From the human T2T-CHM13v2.0 reference genome, Homo sapiens, in NCBI RefSeq assembly GCF_009914755.1, contig NC_060925.1: a stretch of DNA of 64,000 nt. One strand, 5' to 3'. Shown here one piece after another: positions 1 through 12,209 of this stretch (within the stretch, counting starts at the first letter, position 1; the number at the start of each line of letters is the position of its first letter). The position numbers were made by a program, and so were the translations under genes. The notes beneath the pieces are model-generated. The model did not search any database. It had not been told where the DNA came from and saw only the letters and a list, made by a program, of their open reading frames with translations.

Positions 1-359
1 TCCCACAGTTGGGGTGAGATAGGGGGAGGGGGCTAGGAGTAAGGGGAGAGACAGGGCAGGAGAGGAGGTCCACACTGGGCACTGCTGGGCAGGAGCAGGA
101 GAGCCAGGTTCCAGCCCAGGCTGGGTATTAGCTCTTTACATTGCCTCAGGCAAGCCTCTACCCTCCTTGGCCTCAGTTTCCCCATCTGTAAAAGGACAAA
201 CATTCACACATAGGTCTGTGGTCTACAGACACACACAGACACTTCCCTGGCTAAAGGTCTCTAGGGCAGGAGCTCATGGGGAGTGGGACAGTCTTCTGAT
301 GAGAAGATGGCACCCCAGGCTAGGCCCTAGTGGAAACTACCGCTAATCCCGCCTCCCTG

Positions 360-480
360 GCCATAGCTGAGAAGCTGGAGCTGCCCCGGGTTCGAATCCC
401 AGATCCACCACTTTCTCGCTGTGGAACTTTGAGCCAGGTGTTCAATCTTTCTTCCTCCATGCAATGGATACAGACAACAC
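360..480 (+). mobile_element. MIR fragment (tRNA-derived 5' part) with intact B-box
   Basis: GGGTTCGAATCCCAGATCCACCACTT...GCTGTGGAACTTTGAGC resembles the MIR 5' region; GGTTCGAATCC at 389-399. Confidence 0.6.
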
Positions 481-1054
481 TCGGCACAGTCCCCAGGCCA
501 CAGTGAGTCCCCAGCAAATGCCAACTGTGACCAGCTACTATTGCCTGCCCAAGAAGGCTGGAAACGGTTTCATTTGGGAGAAAATAATCCACAGGTGCTT
601 CTCCTGTGTTTCATTTTACCTGAATGGAATCTGCCAAAAGCTGAGTGAGGGGACTCCTATTTCGCTAAATTAGAAGAATTTGGGTCACATGGTAGAAACC
701 CTGGCAACCAGCTCCGAAAGGGCCGGAGGGTGGGGCGGAAGCTGCCACATCCCTCCCACCTCCACCATGAGGTCTCCTAGACAACAGGAGGTGAGGACAC
801 TCCCAGGCCGCCTTCCTCTCCCAGAAGCCAGCCTGCCACCTCCCCTGCCACCACCAAGGAAGGAAGGGGCACCCGCTGGATGGGGACTTTACTCTGCTAC
901 CCCCCACATTTAGCCTGTGTGGCTCACAAAGCCCCTCTACCACTCAAAGCGAGGCCAATAGGGGCTCTCCCCACCATGGATACCGGGCCTTACAGGGCTG
1001 CAGCTGCACTGCAGCCCCTTGGTCCCCACCACCACCCTCCAGGATCTGCCATGG

Positions 1055-1350
1055 GCTCCCTGATTGCTAATTTAGACTTTCCTGCCATCCCACGCAGGGG
1101 AATCAGGGGAAATCAAATTACCGAGTTATTCACTCTTTTTGTACAGCTGATGGGCTGATTAGCTGTCAATCAGGGTCTACATTAACATCTGACACTGTGT
1201 GCATAACAATTACCAGTCACATTAAGGAAACCTTTCCCTTTCTCTCTAAAGGGAGGGGTGGGGAAGAGACAGGAGAGAGGAGGAGGCGGGAGGCACTGAA
1301 GGGAGAAGGAGGAAATTCAATCAGCATAATTAGCTCAATCAGAGGAGAAC
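1055..1350. promoter_or_regulatory. Candidate conserved enhancer-like block (PBX/MEIS and TAAT motifs)
   Basis: Repeat-free; CTGTCAATCA (rc TGATTGACAG) at 1163-1172; several TAAT/ATTA/TGAT cores. Confidence 0.45.
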
Positions 1351-2744
1351 ATCACTTCACCAGCTGAGCAGAGCTACTGCCACTGCCAAAGACCCCCGGC
1401 TGACCAGCTGCTCTGGAGCCTCTGCCCACTCTGCCCTCCAGCAAAGTGCCCATCCTCTCCCTGCAGCCACAGCCCTAGCCAAGGCAAGCTGCCCTTCCAG
1501 TCAGTCAACCACTTGGGCCCACCTTTAGACCTCCCTTGCTCCAATCAGGTGGGCCCATTTCTGCCTGCTTCACTGGGATTGGCTCTGACTGAAGAGGAGG
1601 GATATAAGACTCCAAGGGTCGAGGCAGAGTTGGGAGTTGGGGGTGAGATGGAATAGAAGGGGTTGAAGACTATTGGAGTCTAAGTTTATTATTATTTTGT
1701 GAAAGGGACTCCCTTATACTGAGTCAGGCTCTGACATTTTGTGGATCATCCTGCTGTTTTTCCTGCTCCTTCCTTATGGCCTGGCATCCTCCATCCCTCA
1801 GCACCCCTTCTGAATTGTTTGACCTTCTCTGGGCTGACCTGCATGCATCTTCACTTGACTCTCCCAAGATAGATTTTCAAGCCCATTTCCCATCCTACCC
1901 TCCACCTCTGAACACTCTCCAGTTTGTCACTGCCCTGAAGGCTAATAAGTACTCCCTGTATGTTGTAACCACCAGGGTGGAGGATGAGCCTGGGATCAGA
2001 GTAGATTGGGAGAGGAAGTGACAGGATCACACATGGGTGAGATAGCCCTGGAAATGCCTGGTGTTGCTGTAAGTGGGAGCTGAGCAGGAGTCCGTGGGTC
2101 CCAGCACTCCTGGGACCGCAATTTCTCCATCCATAATATAAGTGTGTCTCTAACCACCCTCCAGACTGGCTGTTTTTGAGTCTCTCAGTCTAAGGAGTCC
2201 TTACTCTGGACGCTGCTGCTGCTCCACCAGGAGACGGATGGTGCTTCGAGCTATTTCCTCAGTCCAGACATGGGGAGGATTTGCAGGGAGCAGTCACACT
2301 CTCCCATTCAGTCTCTTCAGGGCCTCCTGTGACAGAAGTAAAACAAACTGATAATATTCTTGGAAAAAGCCAAGCTTGTCCCTGGCCCACAGACTGAATG
2401 TCAACAGTTCATGTTTGCTGAGGTGTCCAGACAGGGGGTCACCTTTTCTGTTTGCTTTTTTCATATAAAAGAACAGGTCTCAAGAAGGCTGGCTTTGGCC
2501 TCCTTAGCACTGCCCTGACCCACTGAGCAAGTCACAGACAGGCCTAGTGATAGACTAAGGACGCACTGGTAATGACTGCCAGGCAGGAGGAAGGGCTGGA
2601 GCCTAGGGCTGTGAGTTACTCAGGGAGGTGCAGGCAGAGGGAGGCCTGAGGTTGTGCTGTAGCTGCTTCTACAATGCGGACGTCCCATGAGGGTGAAGAA
2701 GATACTCAGCCCCATTCTCTGGGCCTCTGAATTTCTTGACCCAG

Positions 2745-3150
2745 TGTATTAGTCCACTGGGGCTGCCATTGCAAAAGACCACAGACAGTTTAAATACTAA
2801 AATAAAATAACATAACAGAAACTTATCTTCTAGCTTTCGAGTTCTGGAAGCTAGAATTCCAAAAGCAAGGTGTTGGCAGGTTTTGCTTCTCCTGAGGCCT
2901 CTCTCTTTGGCTTGCAGATGGGACCTTCTCTCTGTCCTCATGGCCTTTTCTCTGTGCACATGCACCCCTGGTGTCTCTCTGTGTGTCCAAATTTCCTTTT
3001 ATAAGAAAGCCAGTCAGGTTAAATTAAGGCCCACCCTAACATCTGCTTTTAACTTAGTCATCTCCTTGAAGTCTCTATGTCCCAATCTGAGCTATTAGGG
3101 GTGAGGGTTTCAACATATGAACTTGAGGGGACACAATTCAGCCAAAAACC
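2745..3150 (-). mobile_element. MLT1A-like MaLR solo LTR
   Basis: Begins TGTATTAGTCC..GGGCTGCCAT, contains CTCCTGAGGCCTCTCTCTTTGGCTTGCAGATGG, ends GGGGACACAATTCAGCC; flanks CCCAG/CTCAG. Confidence 0.85.
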
Positions 3151-3189
3151 CTCAGAGAACTAATAGCAATAGTTATCATTGTTGTTGGA

Positions 3190-3440
3190 CAGCTAACACA
3201 TATGTGGCACTTACTCTATTCTAGGCACAGGTCTAAGTGCTTACATACACTCACTAAACCCTCACAGACTTGAGCAGGTACTATTAGGCAACTATCATTA
3301 CCATCCCAACTCTTTAGATGGGAAAAATGACATACAGGGAGGTTAAGCTACCTTCCCATCTAGTAAACAGGAGAACCAAGATTCAAATTCAGGTATCTGA
3401 ATCCAGAGTCCACCCACTCAGCAACTGTTTTACATGCCTG
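3190..3440 (-). mobile_element. MIR
   Basis: GCACTTACTCTATTCTAGGCACAGGTCTAAGTGCTTACA...TTTAGATGGGAAAAATGAC..AGGTTAAG, reverse MIR core. Confidence 0.7.
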
Positions 3441-3868
3441 GGCACAAGGTCCTTGGAGGCTCAGTGATGGTGCTGATAGTCTTTCCAGGCCCCAGAGAAC
3501 AACTGCCTCCTGGCCTCTAGCTCAGCAGCCTCCACAGTAGGGCTACCTCAGGCAACTTCAAACCCAGCCCTTGTACTGAGCCCATCTTCAGCCCAGAGAG
3601 CCCAGACACCACCCCCCACCCAGCATTCAAGAGGGTCTCCATGTGGAGGGGCAGGGGGTGCATCTGGACCTTCAGCTGCCGGCATTCACAGAGCCCCTGA
3701 TTATGCACCAGACCTCGTGCTAAGTGCTCTGCAGGTATCATGTCATTTAACTCTCACATTAAATGTGAGTCCAGGATTATGCCCATTCTCTCCCTTCCTC
3801 TACAAACAAGACCTTCCAGACTGATCTCAGCTAAGCACACCAGGTCACCCCTGAGCTATGATAACTCA

Positions 3869-4143
3869 TTTTCTCTTCTTTTCTTTTTTTGAGACATGGT
3901 CTTGCTGGAGTGCAATGGCGCAATCATAGTTCACTGTGCCTCAAACTCCTGGGCTCAAGCAATTATCTTGCCTCAGCCTCCCAAGTAGTGTTACCATGGC
4001 CAACTAAATTTATTTTTTATTTTTTGTAGAGACAGGGTCCTGCTATATTACCCAGGCTGGCCTCAACCTCCTGGCCTCAAGTAGTCTTCCCACTTCAGCC
4101 TCCCAAAGTGCTGGGATTATAAGCATGAGTCACAGCACCTGGC
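3869..4143 (-). mobile_element. AluJ
   Basis: Poly-T then GAGACATGGTCTTGC...CTCCTGGGCTCAAGC...CCTCCCAAAGTGCTGGGATTATAAGC..CACCTGGC; internal deletions; degenerate TSD ATAACT(CA/AG)TTTTCT. Confidence 0.92.
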
Positions 4144-4189
4144 AATAACTAGTTTTCTTAGGCATTCCTAAAGCCACTAATTTACTCCC

Positions 4190-4630
4190 CCATTCAAAAA
4201 ATTATTTACTGGGTGCTTACTATATGCCAGGCACTGGTTCTGGGTATCAGGTGTGAATGGGGGAAAACAATAGAAAGGATTCCTGCCCCCCAAGAGGCTT
4301 ATAATCTAGTGGGTTTAGACAGAAAATAAACAGGTATGGACATAAAGAAATACGATGGTTACAGATAGTGACAAATGAATCACGAAATGAAACCAGGCAA
4401 TGGCTAGGTTGCAGACGCTTCAGATGGGGCAGTCAGGGAAGCCTCCCTGAGGAGGTGGTGTTTGAACTGAGATCTGAATAACAAGAAGGATCCAATAATG
4501 AGGGGGAAGGGCAGGCAAGGCAGAGAGAACAGTAAGTGCAAAGGTCCTGAGACATGTTCAGGGGACAGAATGAAGACCAGCCTGGCTAGAGCAGACAGGA
4601 CTGGGAGACCGGTAGGAGATCATGTTAATG
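4190..4630 (-). mobile_element. L2 3' fragment
   Basis: CATTCAAAAAATTATTTACTGGGTGCTTACTATATGCCAGGCACTG...CAGGGAAGCCTCCCTGAGGAGGTGGTGTTTGAACTGAGATCTGAA. Confidence 0.8.
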
Positions 4631-5394
4631 CAATTCTGCACCTGAGTTACCTCACATTACCATCAGGGAAGAGGTGACTGACAGTTCCTTCCAATGTCTA
4701 ATACAAATCCTTCTAACTGCAAGTGAAACCTCATTGCCTTGCTCTGTCTTCAGAGCAGACTAAAATCTGAGAACACTTATGGTGTTTCCTCCCCACCAAA
4801 TCACCATCCCAGCCAGAAAATAGTAGCTTCCCCTCTTCCCCCAACCATTTCTAGGTGACATTTAAAGGAGTGGCGGGGTTTGGGCTGGGAGCCTCTATGA
4901 GTTTGAGAAAATCTATCTCCCTTCTGATATTTTCAACTGCCTCCCTTTGTAGGCTGTCAGAGCATGACAGGGAACATTTCTTGCCAAAGGTCCCCTTGTG
5001 TTGCTGCCTAAATACACTCATAAATTCTTGCCTGAACCCAGAAGCAAGGTCCTGTATTTAAAATAAGAAAGGCAGAAAGACCCATAGAGAACCTTTCACC
5101 CCTTTCCATTCTATTTTCTTCTCCTTTCCTTCCCAACTCCCAGCTGCAGAAAATGAAATAAATGCTTTTCAGGAGTCAGGGTGCATAGATTATTGTGTCT
5201 ACATCCCCAGCTACCACGGAGGAGGAGAGAGATGCATCAACAAACAAGTGCAATGCATGCTATAATAAATAAATCACCTGCAAGTTGGGGAACCATGGTT
5301 GGAAGAGAAGCTCAATTCATCATGTATTTACTCAACAACTATTTATTGAACACATACTCTGTGCCAAGTACTTGAATCAGTACTGTCAGGCACT

Positions 5395-5922
5395 TGAATC
5401 AGTTAGGGTCTGGTTAAGAAAAGATAAACCATTCTAGGTATTTCATACAGTGGAAATTTAATGCAGGGAGCTGATTATGCAGATGATGGAAGAGTTGAGA
5501 GCCCAAATTAGCACCACTAAAAAATTGGCAATAGCCAAAAGCCACCAGCTACTTTGGAAATGGAAGGACAGTGAAAAGAGATGGTTTTACTCTATCTCAG
5601 AGCTGGGGTTTTCCTGCAAGGAGCTAGACTACAGGGAAGCCTGCTCAGCAGAATCTGAAACCACAGAGGGGGCCATTGTCTGCAAAGAGATGTACTCACT
5701 GCCACAGATGCTACCCCAGGCAAAGAAAAAGATGAGAAATGCCCTGGCTTCCTTCTTCCTTCCATCCTCCAGTCTCCCACCAGTGCCTCTTATTGACTAA
5801 ACTCAGCCAGAGAAAGTGACTCTGCAGGAGTCACTTTCACCTCCACAACACCCCCATGGTAGAGTGGAGAAGGGGAAGAGTAAGAGATGGGTTTGAAGGC
5901 AAACAGCCAAATGAGTGTCACA
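5395..5922 (-). mobile_element. Solo ERVL/MaLR-class LTR inserted into an L2
   Basis: TG...CA termini with perfect 5-bp TSD GCACT (5390-5394 and 5923-5927); L2-like sequence on both sides; subfamily and strand uncertain. Confidence 0.7.
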
Positions 5923-6569
5923 GCACTAAAGACTTAAGAGGAGGGTACATTTGATGTGGATTTTAAAGCTTGAATAGGAATTTTCCAATCAAGAAAGAGA
6001 AGAATGGTACAGGAAAGAGCAGGTTCAAAGACAGGGAAGTGCAGAGGATGTGGCTCATTCAACTAACAACAAAATATTCTGCCTGGCTGCCCGGAAGGTA
6101 TATAAGCAGAGCCAACAAGAGATTGGGGACCATCCTGTAGGGCCTAAAAGGCTGAGCTCAGGGGTTGGATATCATCCTGTAAGAAGTGTGGGACTCCATT
6201 GGGTCTCAGTCACAGACTGGGATTAGTAAAGAAGAGGGACCACAGATTGGGAAGAGAGACAGTGAGGAGCATTTGCAATGGTCCTAGTGAGCAATGATTA
6301 AGTCTGAACTAGGGCTGTTTTCATGGAGACTGGGAGGAGAAAGGGCATATAAGAGAATTTTAGGATGTAGAGACAGCAGGACTTGGTAGTTGACTGGTAG
6401 GAGCGAGAGGGAGAAAAAAAGACAAAATATGATATTTGGGTTGGTGTCTATGAGAATATAATTCTAACTCTTCTCCCTTCCTTCTCCTTCCTCTAGGGCC
6501 ACCTTTGGAGAGGCCTCCACTTATCTCTTAATGTGCAGGCTCTTATAATGCAGCCTTCCTTTCTTCCAT

Positions 6570-6991
6570 TGTATTAGAATCCTCACTTTGGGGCTGGACA
6601 AAAAGGCCTCCTGGAATAAAGGCTACACTTCCCTGCATCCCTTGCAGCTAGATACAGCCATGTGCCTAAGCTCTAGCCAATGAGATGTAAATGAATGTGT
6701 CAGGGGATAGCTTACTTAAATGCAGCTGGCATGTGCCCTTTGGCCCCTTTGTCACTCTTTCCCCACCTTGCTGCCTGGACAGTAACCATGATGAATAGAG
6801 CTTTGGCCACTATTTTAGACCAGGGAACAATAGGAACCTGGGTCCCTAAAGACATGATAGAATAGATTCAGCACCTACTTTGCACTGCCTAAATCAGTTC
6901 TGTAGGTGAAAGAGAAGTAAGCATCTACTTAAGTAAGCCACTGTTATTTTGAGTATGTTTGTCACAACCAAACTTAATCCTAAATGATACA
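6570..6991 (+). mobile_element. MLT1J/K-like MaLR LTR
   Basis: CCCTTGCAGCTAGATACAGCCATGTGCCTAAGCTCTAGCCAATGAGATGTAA...TAAGCCACTGTTATTTTG...CCTAAATGATACA. Confidence 0.75.
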
Positions 6992-6999
6992 ATACTCTG

Positions 7000-7200
7000 T
7001 ATTTCAGGAAATAATTTAAATATCTCATCTCATTTACTCCTCAATAATCCAATGATGTAGATAATATTGATATATCCAATTTACAGATGAGGAGATTGAG
7101 GCTTGGTGAGATTAAGTCCCTTGTTCAAGCTTACACAAAGAGCCAGTAGTGCAGGCGAGATACAAACTCTGGAATTTTGGCTCCAAATGTTCTGACTTCC
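7000..7200 (-). mobile_element. MIR
   Basis: TTTACAGATGAGGAGATTGAGGCTTGGTGAGATTAAGTCCCTTGTTCAAG. Confidence 0.75.
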
Positions 7201-7719
7201 TCAGAGGCACCTCTTTTCCCTTCCCAAATGTTTTTCATCTTCCCTCCTGCTTCTTTCAGCTTGACACGTGTTTCTAGCAATAATAATGGCCTCAATAATA
7301 AGGATAATAATAAGAACACTGGGATTTGTTCTTTTGTAGAACTGAACAACTTCCTACTATTTCTGCCAACAAATTAGTCTTAATTGCACTGTGGCATCAT
7401 TAGGCAGCATTTGGGGAAATGTAGAAGGTCCCCAACATGTCAAGAATATAATTTGATCAACAAAACATCTAATAGAGAAAAAAAAACAGTAGATGTTCAT
7501 ATTTAAAAAACAAAACACTGGGCTGAATTTTGTAATCTGTCCTTTTAACTCCTGTCTTTGTAAAAGATGAATTACACCTTAGTGGCTTCTGGGCTCTGGC
7601 TCACTGCACAGTCGCCGAGTTGCCTGTGACACTTCCAGCTGAATTTGCTCCCTGCTGTCAGCTGTAGGGAGGGGGTTATTTCACTGAGAGGGAGGAGGGT
7701 TATTTGGGTTATTTCTCTG

Positions 7720-8308
7720 CTTCTACTTTTGCCCGTCTACCATCTAATCAGCATGGAACAACCAGATGAGGCTTCAAAAACCTAAGTCACATCACATCAC
7801 TCCTCTCTTGAAACACTGTCAATAGCTTCCCATCCTATTTACAATAAAAACTAAGCCTCCATCATGGCCTCCCAGGCCCTGCATAATCTGGTCCTCACTC
7901 ACCTCTGTGACCTCATTACCAACTCTCTGCCCTTCACCTCTGACTGATGCTCTGGCCACAATACACCTGGACACTCCTGCCCCAGGGCCTTTGCACTTGC
8001 TGCTCCCTGCATCTGGAACACTCTTTCCCCAGATGTCTATGGGATGGCCTCCCTCGCCTCACTCTTCTCTCTGCTAAGAGAGGCCATCACTACCCACTGC
8101 AACAGAGCATCCCTTCCTGCCCTACTTTTTTTCATTAAGTTGATCACTACCAGCCATTACATTATAAAAGTATTTGTATATTTTTAATTGTCTGGTCCCC
8201 CAAGTAGAATGTAAGCTCCAAGAAGGCAGGAGCTGTATCTACTTTGTTCAGTGCTTGGCTTCTGTGCCTAGAGCATGTATGACACATGCTAGGTTCTCAA
8301 TAAATATT
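7720..8308 (+). mobile_element. L2 3' end
   Basis: CCAGGGCCTTTGCACTTGCTG...TAGAATGTAAGCTCCAAGAAGGCAGG...TCAATAAATATT. Confidence 0.85.
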
Positions 8309-8498
8309 GGAGGGAGGGAGGGAGAGAAGGAGAAGAGGGAAGGAAGGAAGGGAGGGAGGGAGGCAGGGAGGGAGGGAGGGAGGAAGAGGGGAGGGAGGGA
8401 GTTTGGGAGGGAAGAGGAAGGGAGGGGAGGGGAAAGGAGGGGAGGGGAGGGGAAAGGAGGGGAAGGGAGGGGAGGGGAAGGGAGGGGATGGGGAGGCT
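8309..8498 (+). repeat. Polypurine (GGGA/GGAA/GGGGA)n low-complexity tract
   Basis: ~190 bp almost purely G/A, grown from the L2 tail. Confidence 0.95.
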
Positions 8499-8859
8499 GG
8501 AAAGTACATGGTGAAGAAGGCATCAGACAGGATAGGGAATAACTGCTCCAAAGGCCAAACAAAATGAAATTCAGTAAGAGGAATTGGAGTTAGACATAGG
8601 GGAGTATTTTTTGACACTGAGAGGTGTAAGGTAGTAGAGCAGGAAGCTGGGAGTAGGAGGGGATTTGCAGTTAGGAAGTGGGTTCCCAGAGCGGTGGTCA
8701 AACTGAAGGAGGACATCTGGACTTTCCTGGGCAGTGTGGGAATGTAGCCAGACCTGCATTCTTTTTTCCCTCTCCCTTCCTTTCTGTGGGAGCAACTGGC
8801 ACAGAAGAGATTTGGGACTTGGTGAGGGGAGGGGAAGAGGAGGAGGCAGTTCTTTTTTC

Positions 8860-9180
8860 TTAACCTCCCCATAAAGTTACAGAAGAAATCTCGAGTAGTG
8901 AATCATCCCTCTTTACAATCAAGCAGTTATTTAAAATGGAAAAAGGAAAAGAGACCCAGAGAAAGGGAGAAAGTGGGAGATTATCGCCCGCCAGCTTGCT
9001 CCCAAATTCCAGGCAATCAGCCACTGAGATGTGTCTCATCTCACGATGAGCCGCTTTCCTGATTGAGGGAGCTAATTGCAGGGCTGACACAGCTTCCCGG
9101 GAAAGTACTTGTAGACAAAAAATGCCAAGAGCTACCAACAGCAACAAAAATACATCCATACACACTCATAATGGCTCAAG
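8860..9180. promoter_or_regulatory. Candidate enhancer-like block
   Basis: Repeat-free, CpG-retaining; palindrome TTCCCGGGAA 9094-9103; TAATTG, TGATTG, TGACA cores. Confidence 0.35.
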
Positions 9181-9279
9181 ACCCAACTGGCCTGTACTGC
9201 CAGAGACATCTACCCCACCCTGAAAAAGGAGAGGAAGCTCTTGAGACCAGCCAAAGCCATTAGGAAAATCCCAGGGGAG

Positions 9280-10070
9280 AAAGTGGCCAAAGACATAAAC
9301 AGCCAGTTCACAGAAGTGGAGGTACAAATGTCCAATAAACCTAGGAAGAAAGGTTCAACCTCACTTGCAGTCAAAGAAGCAATGCTAATTACAACCATGG
9401 CACCATTTTTTGTGGACAAATTAGAAAAGGTTTTAAGGGAAAAAACATTCATATTGACCTGGGCCTTTAGGGAGGCAGGGGTGAGATCCTGATTTCTTTG
9501 CTGATGGAGTTTATCATCAAGATACCTGGGAGAAACAGGTCACAGGGGAACTATCTCTTTGGGGGCTGTTGGCACACAGTCTAGCGGAAACAGAAAGTAG
9601 TCACTCAGCCTGCTCTGGGATGCAGCTGAGCTCCAGTCAGTGCCTTCGGTTTGTCTGTGTCCCCCTGAATGTTACCCAGAAAGAGGACTTGATGGGTTCT
9701 CCATCCAACAAGGAGCCCCTTCCCTGGGCTCCAATACACTGGCTCCATCCTCAGGGCCATCCTTAGGTCTTGTCTGGGGCTCTTGGACCAATTCCAGGTC
9801 TAATCCAGTGTGGCAGAAGCAACTAGTTTAGTTTCACCCAGGCATGCCTCAGAGTCAGAGCGACTTAGGAAGGAAAGAACAGCTTCTGTTTTTGGTGTCA
9901 AAGGCAAGCATGCTGAGGCTCCATATCCTGCCTGATAAAATGGTAACACTCAGTCTTGCAAGGATGTGGTGAAATTGACTTTCTTGTGTGCTATTGGTGA
10001 GAGTGGAAAATGATGCAAACTCCCTGGAGGGTAACTTGACAAAAAACAAAATCTTCATTCCCTTTTCCCT
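9280..10070 (+). mobile_element. Old L1M(E) fragments (interrupted)
   Basis: GGCCAAAGACATAAACAGCCAGTTCACAGAAG..CAAATGTCCAATAAAC..GTTCAACCTCACT; later CTATTGGTGAGAGTGGAAAATGATGCAAACTCCCTGGAGGGTAACTTG. Confidence 0.6.
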
Positions 10071-10596
10071 TCTGGAAATCAGGAGAGAGGAGAAATGCTT
10101 CAGCTATACTCCTTATGCCAGATGTCCCCTGCCCAATCCCTTTAGGACTCCCCGCTGCCCTCACAAAGAAGGAGAAATAGCCATCTGACTGATCGGAGTG
10201 TGAGGCACCCATCAGTCCATATTCAAAAGGTCAGCACCTCCAGGGAGTGCTCTTGCTGGTACTTCCTGCCTCTATCCCATGGACAGAGCTTGAGGGCACA
10301 CCTGGGTATGTTGCTGTCAAGAAGGAGAAGGAGTGTTGCACCCTGCTCGAGCCTCAAGCTAAGGCATGCACTGCAACTCAGCCTTGTACTTCAGTTCTGA
10401 ATTGGGGACATTGGGTAACACTTGGATGACTATTAATAAAGAGGTACTTGCATTCCAGTTCTGCTATTGTTCGTTATGTATCACTTCTTTAAAACCTCAA
10501 AGGCAGGTTGATCAGTAACCAGGAAGAATGGATCTTTGAATTTCTGAATTCCTGGCAGTAAAACTTTCCGATGTCATCCAAATCCCACCCGAATTT

Positions 10597-11429
10597 CTTT
10601 TTAATTGAAAGATAACCTACACACAGTGAAACATAAAAAGCATATTTGTTTTCATTATATGACTTCATCATTTTTTTACTTTTCTATACACTCATATAAT
10701 TACCACCAAGATCAAGAAAAGGAACATTGCTGGCATCATCGTACTGCCATCCTGCATCTTCTTAGTCTGTATCTCCCTCCAGAAGTAACCATTGTCCTGA
10801 TTTTAACAAACATGGATTCATTGCACCTGTTCTTGAACTTCCTATTAATGAGATCATATGGAACATATTTTTTTCTGGCTTTTTCACTCAACATAATACC
10901 TGTGAAATGCATCCGTATAACTGCATCTACCAATAGTTCTTCCTCTTTTGTTGCTGTGTAGTATTCCATTTTTATGAAACTACTATAATTTATTTATCCT
11001 CTTACATATTGATGAGTATTTAGATTATTTCTACCTTGGGGCTATGATGAATAGAATATATATGAATATTCTGTTATGGACCCGTGCACTCATTTCTCTT
11101 GGGTATATACCTAGATGTGAAATTGCTGGGTTATAGCATAGGTGTGTGTTCAGCTTCAGTAGAAACCATTTTCCAAAGTGGTTGTACCATTTTCAACTGC
11201 ACCAGCAACATATGAGAGATCCAGTTGCTCCATATTTTCACCAACGCTTAATACTGTTGGTCTTTTTCATTTTACCCATCTAATGTTTAGTGGGATTTCT
11301 TTGTGACTTTAATGTACTTTCTATGGTGAGTAATGATACTGAACAGTGTATCATTATGTACTTATGTCCATCTGCATATGTTGTTTTATGAAATGCCTCT
11401 TCAAATTTTTTGCACATATTTTAATTGGA
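10597..11429 (-). mobile_element. L1M (L1MC/MD/ME-like) 3' portion
   Basis: TTGTTGCTGTGTAGTATTCCATT, CATTTCTCTTGGGTATATACCTAG..TTGCTGGGT, TTTTCCAAAGTGGTTGTACCATTTT; minus ORF MEYYTATKEEELL resembles the L1 ORF2 C-terminus; TSD-like CACC(CG/TT)AATTTCT. Confidence 0.85.
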
Positions 11430-11442
11430 CACCTTAATTTCT

Positions 11443-11890
11443 AAAATAATCAATACTAAGGAAATAATCAGAGAAGCAGACAAAACTTTATGTATGAAGA
11501 TGGGCAGCACAGCACTGCTTGTAACAGCAAAAAACTAGAAAAACGTAAATGTTTATCATATAGAGAAATAAATTATGATACAAGTGTATATTCAAAGACT
11601 GCATGCTTTTGATAAATATGTTTGTGATAAACATATATGCTTGTGATAAATGTTAATACTATAAATAAGAAAATTTTTATAATATAGCATTTTGATAGCA
11701 ACTTTATTTAATGTAAGCATTAAAAGAAAAATTGGAGAGAAAAACATCCAAATGTTACTGCTGGTTATTTCTCAGTGATAAGATTATGGGTGATCATTAT
11801 TTTCTTCCTCCTACTTTTGTTTCCCAAATGTTCTACAGCATTCATACATTACTTTTATAATCAGAAACACAATAAATATTTTTTAAACTA
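11443..11890 (+). mobile_element. L1ME 3' UTR fragment
   Basis: CTAAGGAAATAATCAG...AAATGTTACTGCTGGTTATTTCTC..GATTATGGGTGAT...CATTACTTTTATAATCAGAAA. Confidence 0.7.
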
Positions 11891-12209
11891 CTAGGACTAT
11901 GAGGTCTAACTGAAATTGAGTATTACAAATAAACTATTGTCTGAACAGAAACTAGTTCTTTGACTTTCAACATCTTCAGGCAAGATTTTCTAAGCCTGAA
12001 TACCTTACACTTTCTTGAGAAGAAATTATTTTGTTTACTCCACATGCTGTAAAGGTACTTTTGTGTCTGTGTTCTGATTAGGTTTTTATCAAAGAATGCC
12101 AGTGTATCGCTTGGATTTGAAAAGCCCTAAATGGGGCTTAGTAATGGGGCATTTGGAAACAAGCATGCTCATCTGCCAGTGGACACATTTCTGAGTATAG
12201 GCAAGGGGG

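Noticed and set aside
360-420. Possible tRNA gene (GGTTCGAATCC)
   Set aside because: No cloverleaf or acceptor stem; the flanking sequence continues as MIR.
8174-8872. Gly/Arg/Glu-rich and Pro/Ser-rich ORFs
   Set aside because: Products of the polypurine tract.
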